A stretch of 64,000 nucleotides of DNA, taken from contig OZ244226.1 in NCBI GenBank assembly GCA_965217035.1, forward strand, positions 2,710,146 through 2,774,145. Direction: 5' to 3'. Below, in pieces: positions 38,170 to 47,918 of this stretch; positions within the stretch are counted from its first letter, which is position 1; each line of letters opens with the position of its first letter. The DNA comes from Bacteriovoracaceae bacterium. Lineage in GTDB: Bacteria; Bdellovibrionota; Bacteriovoracia; Bacteriovoracales; Bacteriovoracaceae. The notes under the pieces were generated by a model. That model worked only from the letters and a program-made list of their open reading frames with translations, made no database searches and was not told the origin of the DNA. Both the position numbers and the translations under genes were made by a program.

Positions 38170-40020
38170 ATGTTTAGATCTTTACTTTTAATCACTCTAT
38201 TCACCAGTTGCGCTTCGTTTAATAAAAAACTTAATTTTGAACAATTTAATCAGATAAATGTTTTCAATAAATATATCCCACTTAATGAAAAAGAAATGTT
38301 GGTCATTACGCGCCTACCAAGCGATGAATACCGACGACTCTATAAAATGGATCTTACCTCAAAAGAACTAGAGCTTGTATTCGATGCCGAGCAAAGTATT
38401 AGTAGTATGAAAATGGATAAGCTTAATAAGTTTGTTTACCTTGCTATTGATAATGCAGGTGATGAGCAATACAAGCTTTATCAATTCGACTTAAAAACAA
38501 AAAAATCGAGAAAAATTTTTGGAAAAGATGATCGCAGGACGATGCTTCTAGAAAGCAATCCTACTGCTGATAAGTTATTGATTGTCTCAAACTATGTAAA
38601 TAAGGCGATTTACCTGCCATATATTTTTGATCTAAAGACGATGAAAATTTCGAAGCCTCTCTATAATGCGAGTTTTGGTTCTTATAATATCGTTTACGAT
38701 TGGAAAACAAAGGATATCTATTTCAGTCGCGGTCAGGACAATGCTACTAGCATTCTCTACAAAGTTTCTAAGAAAACAAAAAGACCTATTAAACTTTACT
38801 CCGCTCCGACAACAAAATATTCTGCTGCTTATTTAAAAGATGGTTATCTTTTTCTTAATACTTCTCATAAAAGAGACCGTGTGGGTTGCGCTAAGATTAG
38901 TATTAAAAATCTCAAGAGTATTCAATGGGTAAGGTATAAGAAAGATCGTGATCAATATTGCTTTTATGATAAAGCTGAAAATTTGTCCTATATTTGGATG
39001 TCGATGAATGGTCGCTCCACGAATAAAGTTTTTTGGGGGCATTTTGGAAAAGAAGTTCAACTGACAGATGGATCGGGAAAAGAGCTTATCAGCGAAGCTT
39101 CTCTGATCCCAAAAACGAAATCATTTATTGTAAAGAAGCATCCTCTCGGAAAACCAGCTGAAATATACAAATGGTCGAAAGGAAATTATACTCAATTGAC
39201 TCAGTTAAATCAGTCCGGTTTAAGTTATAATGATATGGCAGACACTGAGGATTTTTATTATAAAAGTTATGATGGAAAACAGATCCACAGTATTCTCGTT
39301 ACGAAAAAAGACTGGAAAAAATCTGAAAAGAAAAGACCGGTTATTATTTGGCCTCATGGAGGGCCTGATTGGTACTCAGGGCATGAATATTATCCGTATT
39401 TTCAATATTATACTCTAAGTGGTTTTATCGTTCTTGCCCCTAACTACAGAGGTTCTACCAGTTTTGGAAAATCTTTTGAGAAACTCAACGATATGGATTG
39501 GGGCGGAGGGCATATTAAAGATCTCGTTTGGGCCAAGAAAGCGTTAAAAGATATCCCTTACGCTGATACTAGTAATGTTTTTATTGCTGGAAGAAGTTTC
39601 GGGGGCTACTCAACCCTAGCTGCGATCACTTATCATCCGAATGAATTTAAAGCGGCAGTTGCTATTGTGGCCATCGGAGATCTTTTTGAGTTTCTAAAAA
39701 CAATCCCACCGAGTGAAGGGTGGCAAAGAGAATTTCGTTCTGAAGTCGGAGATCCCAAAAAAGATAAAAAACTGATCTATGAGAGATCGCCTTTTTTTCA
39801 TGCGGAAAATGTTACTATTCCTTTAAAAGTTTATCATACAGAGAATGATACGCGAACTCGTATAGAGAATATGAATAAATACGTGGCGAAATTAAAATCA
39901 CTAAAAAAAGAAGTCGATTATGAATTGATCAAAGGTGAGGGACATGCGCCTAAGAAAAAAGAGACTTGGGAAAAACTTTTAAGTGGTACGGTTGAGTTTT
40001 TCAACTCTAAAATTCAGTAA
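38170..40020 (+). CDS. S9 family peptidase lipoprotein
   Basis: Lipobox FTSC; HGGP, PNYRGS, GRSFGG, NDTR, EGH. Confidence 0.92.
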   Translation: MFRSLLLITLFTSCASFNKKLNFEQFNQINVFNKYIPLNEKEMLVITRLPSDEYRRLYKMDLTSKELELVFDAEQSISSMKMDKLNKFVYLAIDNAGDEQYKLYQFDLKTKKSRKIFGKDDRRTMLLESNPTADKLLIVSNYVNKAIYLPYIFDLKTMKISKPLYNASFGSYNIVYDWKTKDIYFSRGQDNATSILYKVSKKTKRPIKLYSAPTTKYSAAYLKDGYLFLNTSHKRDRVGCAKISIKNLKSIQWVRYKKDRDQYCFYDKAENLSYIWMSMNGRSTNKVFWGHFGKEVQLTDGSGKELISEASLIPKTKSFIVKKHPLGKPAEIYKWSKGNYTQLTQLNQSGLSYNDMADTEDFYYKSYDGKQIHSILVTKKDWKKSEKKRPVIIWPHGGPDWYSGHEYYPYFQYYTLSGFIVLAPNYRGSTSFGKSFEKLNDMDWGGGHIKDLVWAKKALKDIPYADTSNVFIAGRSFGGYSTLAAITYHPNEFKAAVAIVAIGDLFEFLKTIPPSEGWQREFRSEVGDPKKDKKLIYERSPFFHAENVTIPLKVYHTENDTRTRIENMNKYVAKLKSLKKEVDYELIKGEGHAPKKKETWEKLLSGTVEFFNSKIQ

Positions 40021-40110
40021 GAATAGAGATTTTAGCTGTTTGTCATTATCCTCTTGATTAAATAAGTTCTGGTGCATTCTTAAGAAAGAAGTTACCAGAA
40101 CATTTGATTA

Positions 40111-41994
40111 TTATCTTAAATATTTGCTAATGAATTTTTCCATCTTAGTATAAAACTCAAAACGATTTTCTTGATTTCTAAAACCGTGACCTTCATTCTT
40201 TTTTACTAAATAGGGAACATCAATTCCTCTCTTTCTAAGAGCTGAAACAATTTGATCTGATTCCGCTTTGGCGACTCTTGGATCTTTTGCTCCTTGGGCA
40301 ACAAAAAGTGGAGCCTTAATCTTATCAGCATTATAAAAAGGAGAAGCCTCTTTTAGATATTCTTTCTCTTTTACAGGATGTCCTACCATTTCATACATCA
40401 TTTTTTTAAAGGGGTCCCAGTATGGAGGAATTGTATCCATAAAGGTTAAAAGATTTGATACCCCGACATAATCAACACCACATTTGTAAAGTTCGGGTGT
40501 ATAAGTTAAACCAGCTAAAGTTGCATAGCCTCCGTAGCTTGCACCGTAGATACAGATCTTATTCTTATCTGCGATTCCTTCTGCTATTAAGTACTGGACT
40601 CCATCTGTGATATCATCCTGCATTTTGCGTCCCCATTGCTTAAAAGATGCTTCCCAAAATTTTCTTCCAAACCCTGTTGAACCTCTGAAGTTCATTTGAA
40701 CGACAGCATAACCTCGATTGGCTAAAAACTGAACTTCTGAATTATATCCCCAGTGGTCTCTTGCCCATGGCCCACCATGCGGGTTTACAATCAATGGAAG
40801 TTTTTCAACATTCTCTAGTCCCTTAGGGATCGTTAAATAACCCTGGATATTTAATCCATCTCTTGATTTATAAAAAATAGGTTTAACTGAGGCCATCTCA
40901 TTTTCATCGAGCCAGGGTTTTGGATCTAATAAAAATTTCAATTCTTTCTTTTTTGAATCGTAGGTATAGTATTTCCCGCTATTACGATCACTTGAAATAT
41001 AGACAGTAAAAAAATCTTCATTTTTATTAGAAGAAGTTAAGTGAATTTTTTGGTCAGAAATCTTATCTGCGATATTATCAAAAATCTCCTCATAGTAATC
41101 ACTGAAAAAATGCCTTCTTTCTTTCCAATCGGTATAAGAAGTCATCGTAAGCTCTTTTCTCTTTTTTGAGAAGTTTATTGAGGTGATATCATAATCATCA
41201 TTAGAATAAACTTCTTTCAACTCTTTACCGGTACTTGGATCCATTAAAATGACAGCAATTGTGTTTCTTCCTAGATTCGAGAGAGCATAGACATTTTCAT
41301 TTTTGAAATCAAAGAAAATGGGATTCAAGTCATCTTTAAAGTCAGTTGTAATAACCTTTTCAAAGTCACTCTTTTCATCTTTACGATAAAATAGAGTCTG
41401 GTTAACCCCGTCAGTTTGTTGTGCCATTCGCACTATGCCGTTATGATCAAGTGTCCAATTTGTAAAATTACCTGGGTTTTTAGCAACTAACTTTCTCCTT
41501 CCTGTTTTGATATTGATTTTATAAACATCAAATATTTTCTTATTTCTTTTATTCATTGAAATCATTATATGATCTTCTGAAATGTCTTCTAAGGGATCGA
41601 TGACACGGGCCCTTGTTTTTTTATAGGGAGTGAGATCTCTTGCTTTCTTAGTCTTTACATTAACAGAAAAAACATGAAAATTTTCATCTCCTCCAAAATC
41701 CTTAGAATAAAGGATGTGATCATTGCCTTTCCAAGAAAGAGAACTTAAATCACGATCGGTAACAGAGGTTAACCTCATCCATTCAGATCCATTAAGTTTC
41801 TTTATATGAATATTCATTCTATTTTTATAAGGCATCATTGCGGCAATATATTGACCATCAGGTGAAATTCTAAAAGTTCGAGCGATCGAATTTTTAAAAA
41901 AGTCTTCTAGTGAGATTTTTTTGGCTAATTTGCCTGGTTGGTTTGAAGCACAACCCATTACGAAAAAAAATGTGAATAGAAAAAGTTTTCTCAT
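40111..41994 (-). CDS. S9 family peptidase lipoprotein
   Basis: Lipobox VMGC; HGGPW, NFRGS, GASYGG, KDPRV, NEGHGF. Confidence 0.95.
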   Translation of the reverse strand: MRKLFLFTFFFVMGCASNQPGKLAKKISLEDFFKNSIARTFRISPDGQYIAAMMPYKNRMNIHIKKLNGSEWMRLTSVTDRDLSSLSWKGNDHILYSKDFGGDENFHVFSVNVKTKKARDLTPYKKTRARVIDPLEDISEDHIMISMNKRNKKIFDVYKINIKTGRRKLVAKNPGNFTNWTLDHNGIVRMAQQTDGVNQTLFYRKDEKSDFEKVITTDFKDDLNPIFFDFKNENVYALSNLGRNTIAVILMDPSTGKELKEVYSNDDYDITSINFSKKRKELTMTSYTDWKERRHFFSDYYEEIFDNIADKISDQKIHLTSSNKNEDFFTVYISSDRNSGKYYTYDSKKKELKFLLDPKPWLDENEMASVKPIFYKSRDGLNIQGYLTIPKGLENVEKLPLIVNPHGGPWARDHWGYNSEVQFLANRGYAVVQMNFRGSTGFGRKFWEASFKQWGRKMQDDITDGVQYLIAEGIADKNKICIYGASYGGYATLAGLTYTPELYKCGVDYVGVSNLLTFMDTIPPYWDPFKKMMYEMVGHPVKEKEYLKEASPFYNADKIKAPLFVAQGAKDPRVAKAESDQIVSALRKRGIDVPYLVKKNEGHGFRNQENRFEFYTKMEKFISKYLR

Positions 41995-42293
41995 AATAGC
42001 TTCCTGAGGTTAGTTTATGAATAATTAATTACCCGATAATACAGGAAAATTTATAATAAAACTAAAGACCGACGAAGCAAGTCAGGAAAGACTGCGTTTG
42101 GGAGATTTAATAATGAAGCAGAGTGCTTTATTTCAGAGTATGCTTTTTGTATTATTTGCTTGCTTAGTCCATTCAGAACTCCAGTTGTTAATACAAGACG
42201 GTTATTGATTATTTTAGACAAGCATCACAAGAAGTTTTCTAATACCGACGTCACTACATTTAGACTTTTTTTCATATTATAGGGGAGGAGAAT

Positions 42294-42377
42294 ATGAAAA
42301 CTAAGATTCTTTTTATAATATCTATTTTATTAATTTGTAAAATCTTATTTATAAAGAAAGAAGGGAAGAAAGTATGA
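42294..42377 (+). CDS. 27-aa hydrophobic ORF MKTKILFIISILLICKILFIKKEGKKV
   Basis: Strong GGAGGAG RBS; stop overlaps the VOC start (ATGA). Confidence 0.35.
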   Translation: MKTKILFIISILLICKILFIKKEGKKV

Positions 42378-42775
42378 AACTAGGTTATGTGATTACTTAT
42401 GTAGATGATGTTGTCGAAACATTAAGTTTCTATGAAAAAGCTTTTGGTCTCAAGATTAGGATGAAGTTTGAGGAAAATGGGATTGTCGATTATGGAGAAA
42501 TGGAGACAGAAGGAGCAATCTTAGGGTTTGCCTCTAATGATTTTGCTCCGACCCTTTTTGAAGGAGATTATCAAAAATCAGATCTTAATAATAAACCCTT
42601 TGGTCAAGAGATTGTTTTTATTTCTGAGGATGTTCATCGTTCTTATAATACGGCAATTGAAAATGGAGCAATTTCATTGAAAGAACCGATTGAAAAACCT
42701 TGGGGACAGACAGTTTGCTATCTTAGAAGTAAGGAAGGAACTCTTATTGAAATTTGTTCACCAATGAACCAGTAG
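42374..42775 (+). CDS. VOC family protein
   Basis: ITYVDDV...FYEKAFG, KPWGQTV.Y. Confidence 0.9.
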   Translation: MKLGYVITYVDDVVETLSFYEKAFGLKIRMKFEENGIVDYGEMETEGAILGFASNDFAPTLFEGDYQKSDLNNKPFGQEIVFISEDVHRSYNTAIENGAISLKEPIEKPWGQTVCYLRSKEGTLIEICSPMNQ

Positions 42776-42813
42776 AGTTGAGAGGATAACGTTTATTATT
42801 TCAATTTTTTGGC

Positions 42814-43284
42814 ATGGAAACTGAAAGAAATCTAATTCGGAATTTTGTTCAAGAAGATCTTGCAAGTCTTATTCCTATGCTAACTGATAATGAGGTTATG
42901 AAATCAACAGGTTTCAAAAAAGCACTCTTGCAAGATCAAATCAATGAACTTTTAGAAAAATGGATAAGTGAACCTCATGTATGGGGAGCTTTTGAAAAAA
43001 AAACGAATCATTTTATTGGGTGGTTTATGCTAAAGCAAACGATTTCAAAAGATCCTGAACTCGGTTTTATGCTTCCTCGTAACCAATGGGGGAAAGGGAA
43101 TGCTACAGAAATTGGAGAAAGACTTGTTCAGTTTGCAAAGGAAGAGTTGAAGGTTCCAAGAGTGATTGCTCTTGTGGACTTGAATAATGATCCTTCAATT
43201 AATGTTCTAAGGAAATTAGGGATGAAAAAGTCTTTAGATCTAAAAGCAAAGGAAGGCAGTCTTTATTTAGAGCTGAATTTTTAG
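42814..43284 (+). CDS. GNAT acetyltransferase (RimJ/RimL-like)
   Basis: ETER...; ELGF...WGKG.ATE; N..S..VL.KLG. Confidence 0.9.
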   Translation: METERNLIRNFVQEDLASLIPMLTDNEVMKSTGFKKALLQDQINELLEKWISEPHVWGAFEKKTNHFIGWFMLKQTISKDPELGFMLPRNQWGKGNATEIGERLVQFAKEELKVPRVIALVDLNNDPSINVLRKLGMKKSLDLKAKEGSLYLELNF

Positions 43285-43328
43285 ATAGATAATTCCTAGC
43301 TTAATTTTCTTATGTTATTCTCGGTAGA

Positions 43329-44447
43329 ATGAAGCTCTCTTTAAAATATGCGCGCAATTTAATTATTGAAGCCCAAGGTCTTCATTGTGACTTTAAAACT
43401 CCATTACAGGTTCTTAGAAAGCTTGGCTATATTCAAATTGATACAATCTCAGTCGTTCAGAGAGCTCATCACCATGTTTTTTGGAGTCGATGCTCAAAGT
43501 ACAAACCAAATGATCTTGATAAATTAGTTAAGAGTCGTAAAGCTTTTGAGTATTGGTCTCACGCGGCTGCTTATTTGCCAATAGAAGATTATCGTTATTC
43601 TTTGTACCTAAAGAATCGTTTTAAAAAAAAGTCCTCTAGCTGGTTCCCTAGAGATCCTAAATTAATGAAGTATGTTTATGATCGGATTAAGACCGAGGGA
43701 CCTCTTCAATCAAAAGATTTTAAAAATGAAAAAGGTAGACGAAGTGGATGGTGGGATTGGAAACCAGCGAAGAAAGCTCTAGAGCGATTATTTATGGAGG
43801 GAGAGCTTGATATTTCTGAAAGAATAAATTTTCAAAAAGTTTATGACTTAAGAGAAAGAGTAATCCCTTCTCAAGTGGACCAGAGTCTTCCATCAGACTC
43901 AGAATATGCTCGATATTTGATTCGAAGAACATTAGAACATCATGCATTTGCAGCACCAAAAGAAATGGCTTATCTCGAAAAATCCGAGATGAAAAAAATC
44001 GTTAAAAAAGAAATTAATTCGTTAGTGGAGGAGGGGAAAGTTCTTAAAGTTGAAATTGAGGGGATTAAAGAGCCCTATTATATTTTGAAGAAAGGCTTAA
44101 ACGAATTACACACAAAGAGAAAAAATGTCCATATTCTTTCCCCTTTTGATAATTTGGTCATCCAAAGAGATAAGCTTAAAAACCTTTTTAAGTTTGATTA
44201 TCAAATAGAGTGTTATGTCCCTGAACCAAAAAGGAAGTTTGGCTATTTTTCTCTTCCTATTCTGGTTGACCAAGATTTTGTTGCTCGAGTTGACTGTAAA
44301 GCTGATCGCAAAGTTGGAGAATTAAGAATTAAGTCTTTTCACTGGGAAAAGAGAGAGTATCGAACTAAACATCAAACTCGGGTTTGGAAAAAACTTGATG
44401 AATTTGCAAAGTTTAATTCCTGTGTACTGCATTCTAAGTCAATTTAA
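43329..44447 (+). CDS. ycaQ: YcaQ/AlkZ family crosslink-repair DNA glycosylase
   Basis: IQIDTISVV, FEYWSH, GWWDWK, LSPFDN, RKFGYF.LPIL. Confidence 0.9.
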   Translation: MKLSLKYARNLIIEAQGLHCDFKTPLQVLRKLGYIQIDTISVVQRAHHHVFWSRCSKYKPNDLDKLVKSRKAFEYWSHAAAYLPIEDYRYSLYLKNRFKKKSSSWFPRDPKLMKYVYDRIKTEGPLQSKDFKNEKGRRSGWWDWKPAKKALERLFMEGELDISERINFQKVYDLRERVIPSQVDQSLPSDSEYARYLIRRTLEHHAFAAPKEMAYLEKSEMKKIVKKEINSLVEEGKVLKVEIEGIKEPYYILKKGLNELHTKRKNVHILSPFDNLVIQRDKLKNLFKFDYQIECYVPEPKRKFGYFSLPILVDQDFVARVDCKADRKVGELRIKSFHWEKREYRTKHQTRVWKKLDEFAKFNSCVLHSKSI

Positions 44448-44502
44448 AGTTTTCATGACTTGATAACTTTTAAATATCGTTGATATCGACTATAAATTAA
44501 GG

Positions 44503-46398
44503 ATGTCTATTCTTATCACTCTCAAGAATCTTAATCTAAGCTTTGGTCAAAAAATCATTTTTGATCAGGCAGAATTAACGATTAACAAAGGAGATAAAAT
44601 GGGTCTAATTGGTTTAAATGGCCAAGGGAAGAGTACTCTTTTTAATATTTTAATGGAGAAGACTCAAGCTGATATTTCAACACCTCCTTTTATTTATGAT
44701 AAGAGTAATGAATATTTTGATATTTTTCATATTCCTCAAGAACTTAATATTAAAGACTTTAAACATCTTAGCATTGAAAACTATTTTCTCGCTTTTTATC
44801 CTCGTTTGCATGAACTTCATACAGAGCTAGAAAAAGATTATGGTAATAATAAAGTTCTTCAAGAGTTTGAAGACTTAAAAGGTTGGGATATTCAAAATAA
44901 CTATGTCAGCTATCTTAAAGCTTTTGATTTAAAAGATATTTCTCGTTCTGTTAAAAACCTTAGTGGAGGAGAGAAAAGAAAAATGGCCTTAAGTATTGGC
45001 TTGAGTTCTACTGCTGAGTTCTTACTATGGGATGAGCCGACAAATCATTTAGATATTGAAACGATAGAGCGCTTTGAAGATGAACTTTTGAGTTCTAAAA
45101 AAACTTATATGATTATTAGCCATGATCGTTATCTCCTTAATCATACGACTGATAGAATTTTTCATATAGAAAGAGGTAAAATTACGAGTTTTAAAGGGAA
45201 CTATCTCGATTACTTAGCCTATCTTGAGGAAAGAGAAGCTGAGCTCCGAAAAAATTTAGACAAATTAGAAAATAAACATCGTAGAGAGCTTGCTTGGATG
45301 CGACAAGGAATTAAGGCGAGAAGAACACGTTCAAAGAAAAGGATCGAAGGTTTCCATAATATTAAAGAAGGCATTGCGGACATCAAAAGTAGGAGTAAAC
45401 GAGTTGTCGATCTTGGTTTACTTCATAGCGGGAGAAAATCAAAGATCCTAATTGAAATAAAAGAAGGAAGTTTCTCTTACGGAGAACGTGAAATTTTAAA
45501 TGACCTTAATTTGATGGTCGCAAGAAAAGATAAAATTGCACTAATCGGTCCAAACGGAGCAGGAAAGTCAACTTTGATAAATATTTTTCAAGAAAAATTA
45601 CAATTAAGTTCTGGTCATCAAAAAAATCTTCAAGGTCTTAAGGTTATTGTGTTTGATCAGAATCGTGAAAGCTTAGATGAGGAAAAGACTCCTGTTGAAA
45701 TAGTGGGGGAAGGGAATGATTTTGTTATTCTTGGTAATGGTCAAAGAAAGCACATTCATTCTTATCTTGGAGACTTTTTATTCACAAACGATCAATTGAA
45801 TAGACCTGTTTCGACTCTTTCCGGAGGAGAGAAAAATAGGCTGCAATTAGCAATGTTTATGAGACAAGCTGCTGATCTTTGGGTTTTTGATGAACCGACG
45901 AATGATCTTGATATTGAAACGATTGAACTTTTGGAGAGGGAGCTGAAGGCTTATGAAGCGGCGGTGATCATCATTGGTCACGATAGGGCCTTTCTCGACA
46001 ATATTTGTAAATCGACTTGGTTGATAAATGATAAAAAAATCGAGGTTTTTGAAGGTGGCTATACTCAAGTTGCGCCTTATCTTCATGCACTCGAGATAGA
46101 AAAAACAATTCCTAAAAAGAAAGTAGAGGAAATAAAGGAAAAACCAAAACAAAGAAAGCTTACTTATAAAGAAAAAGAACGTCTTAAAGTCATAGAGTCT
46201 GAAATAGAAAAAGAAGAGCGAAATGTTACCAGAATTGAAGAGTTACTTGCGAATTTTGATTTTTCAAATATGAATACAGAGAAACAAAAAGAGTATAACA
46301 ATCTTGATAAAGAAAAAGTAAGGAGTGAAAAAAAGGTAGAAAATCTTTTCTCTGAATGGGAAGAGCTTTCTGCTATTTCGAAGATAGAGACTGTTTGA
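44503..46398 (+). CDS. uup: ABC-F family ATPase (Uup-like)
   Basis: Two ABC domains (GLNGQGKS, GPNGAGKS, LSGGE, DEPTN), WMRQGIKARRT linker, C-terminal coiled coil. Confidence 0.88.
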   Translation: MSILITLKNLNLSFGQKIIFDQAELTINKGDKMGLIGLNGQGKSTLFNILMEKTQADISTPPFIYDKSNEYFDIFHIPQELNIKDFKHLSIENYFLAFYPRLHELHTELEKDYGNNKVLQEFEDLKGWDIQNNYVSYLKAFDLKDISRSVKNLSGGEKRKMALSIGLSSTAEFLLWDEPTNHLDIETIERFEDELLSSKKTYMIISHDRYLLNHTTDRIFHIERGKITSFKGNYLDYLAYLEEREAELRKNLDKLENKHRRELAWMRQGIKARRTRSKKRIEGFHNIKEGIADIKSRSKRVVDLGLLHSGRKSKILIEIKEGSFSYGEREILNDLNLMVARKDKIALIGPNGAGKSTLINIFQEKLQLSSGHQKNLQGLKVIVFDQNRESLDEEKTPVEIVGEGNDFVILGNGQRKHIHSYLGDFLFTNDQLNRPVSTLSGGEKNRLQLAMFMRQAADLWVFDEPTNDLDIETIELLERELKAYEAAVIIIGHDRAFLDNICKSTWLINDKKIEVFEGGYTQVAPYLHALEIEKTIPKKKVEEIKEKPKQRKLTYKEKERLKVIESEIEKEERNVTRIEELLANFDFSNMNTEKQKEYNNLDKEKVRSEKKVENLFSEWEELSAISKIETV

Positions 46399-46416
46399 TA
46401 CTTCAAATTAATGAAA

Positions 46417-46803
46417 TTATTTATGTCTTGCTTTCTCAATAGTTTTTTTAATCTTTCTTTTATAAATCTTAGGTCTGTTTTTAGATTTTTGATTCTCTAG
46501 AGCAATGCTGACTTTTAATGTTCTTCCGTCTAGTTGTGTCCCATCGAGAGCATGAATTGCTTCTTTCGCAGATTTTTTGCTTTGCATTTGAACAAAAGCG
46601 ATACCTTTACTTTTATGAGTTCTTTTATCGCGGGTGATTCTTATGAAGGTCACATATCCAAACTTCCTAAAAATCTCGAGGATTTGTTGTTCAGTTTTAT
46701 GATAGCTAAGATTACCTACATAAATTGTCGTGAAATCACTATCTTTTCGAAGGTATCCAACCGAAAGTTTTTCTAGCTTTTTGTCTGATTTTAAATTCTT
46801 CAT
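46417..46803 (-). CDS. RRM RNA-binding protein
   Basis: RNP2 IYVGNL, RNP1 KGIAFVQM. Confidence 0.9.
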   Translation of the reverse strand: MKNLKSDKKLEKLSVGYLRKDSDFTTIYVGNLSYHKTEQQILEIFRKFGYVTFIRITRDKRTHKSKGIAFVQMQSKKSAKEAIHALDGTQLDGRTLKVSIALENQKSKNRPKIYKRKIKKTIEKARHK

Positions 46804-47065
46804 ATGCCTTAAATACCATGGCTTTGCTGAAAAAAGTAATAATTAAGGATATCTGTAAAAAGGTGATGCATAAAACTTCAGAGAAGTTTCTTATCGATTT
46901 CTCCCAGCAATAACGAAGGGTTAGCATAGATTGAATAAAAAAGACTTAAGTGTTATAATAAATAGGCAAACGGTCTACGAGATTCTTTTTTTTTCAGCCT
47001 ATCAACCTGTTCTAAATTCTCTCCTTGGTTTTTTGTATAACTTTAAACTACTCTGGAGGAATTTT

Positions 47066-47323
47066 ATGAGTAATAAGATTTATGTTGGAAACATTTCATT
47101 CGAAGCGACAAACGAGACTTTATCAACTCAATTTGAGCAATATGGAACAGTTAAGTCTACAAAGATCATTACTGACCGAGATACTGGTCGAAGCAAAGGT
47201 TTTGGATTTGTTGAAATGAGTAGTGCTTCTGAAGCTAGCGAAGCAATTTCCAATCTTGATGGTACGATGTTTGAAGGTCGTCAATTAAAGGTAAACGAGG
47301 CAAAACCTCAAGAAAGACGTTAG
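47066..47323 (+). CDS. RRM RNA-binding protein
   Basis: IYVGNI, DRDTGRSKGFGFVEM, VNEAKP. Start ATG 47066 after GGAGG. Confidence 0.95.
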   Translation: MSNKIYVGNISFEATNETLSTQFEQYGTVKSTKIITDRDTGRSKGFGFVEMSSASEASEAISNLDGTMFEGRQLKVNEAKPQERR

Positions 47324-47381
47324 CAAGCTCAGTCTTTGTTTCTTATTAATTTGAAAACGAATTTGCTACAGGAGGTAGGGA

Positions 47382-47918
47382 ATGGGTCGCTCTAAATTAA
47401 CTTTTCAAAAGAGTGAAAAGAAAGATTCTCAAGCTGAGCCTTTAATGGATGAAGGTTCTGAGCTTGTTGGAAAAGTTGTTTTTTCTTTGAGTTCCGGAGT
47501 TGGGCGGATTACTTCGATTTCGAAGATAAACGAAAGTTCAGATGACTACTATGTTGTAAATTTCGAAACGAGTACGGCAGTAGATTATATCCGAATCGAC
47601 TCGGCTCATAGTTTTCGCGTAATCTCTTCTGATGAAGAGTTTGAGAAGGCTTTAAATGAGCTAGAGTCAGGAACAATTCTAAAAAAATTTGATTCTAAAA
47701 AAGATCGAGTCCATTATTTTAAATCTCTCGAGCAGCAATATGATTTAGATTCATTAATTGAGCTTATTAAGCAAATGTCTGGACATGATGACCTCGGAAG
47801 TATTGAGAAAAAAGTTCTTCAAAGAGGAATTGATTCACTCATTGAAGAATTTAAAGTACATAAAAAACTTTCCGATGATCAATCGCGAGAAAAAATTGAG
47901 TATTTAATTAGCGCTTAG
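47382..47918 (+). CDS. CarD/CdnL-like protein
   Basis: VGKVVF....GVGRITSI...YYVV.F Tudor-like region followed by a helical domain. Confidence 0.6.
   Translation: MGRSKLTFQKSEKKDSQAEPLMDEGSELVGKVVFSLSSGVGRITSISKINESSDDYYVVNFETSTAVDYIRIDSAHSFRVISSDEEFEKALNELESGTILKKFDSKKDRVHYFKSLEQQYDLDSLIELIKQMSGHDDLGSIEKKVLQRGIDSLIEEFKVHKKLSDDQSREKIEYLISA

Noticed and set aside
43329..44447. YcaQ as a self-resistance gene for the biosynthetic cluster
   Set aside because: It lies 7 kb away among housekeeping-like genes and looks like the widespread YcaQ type.
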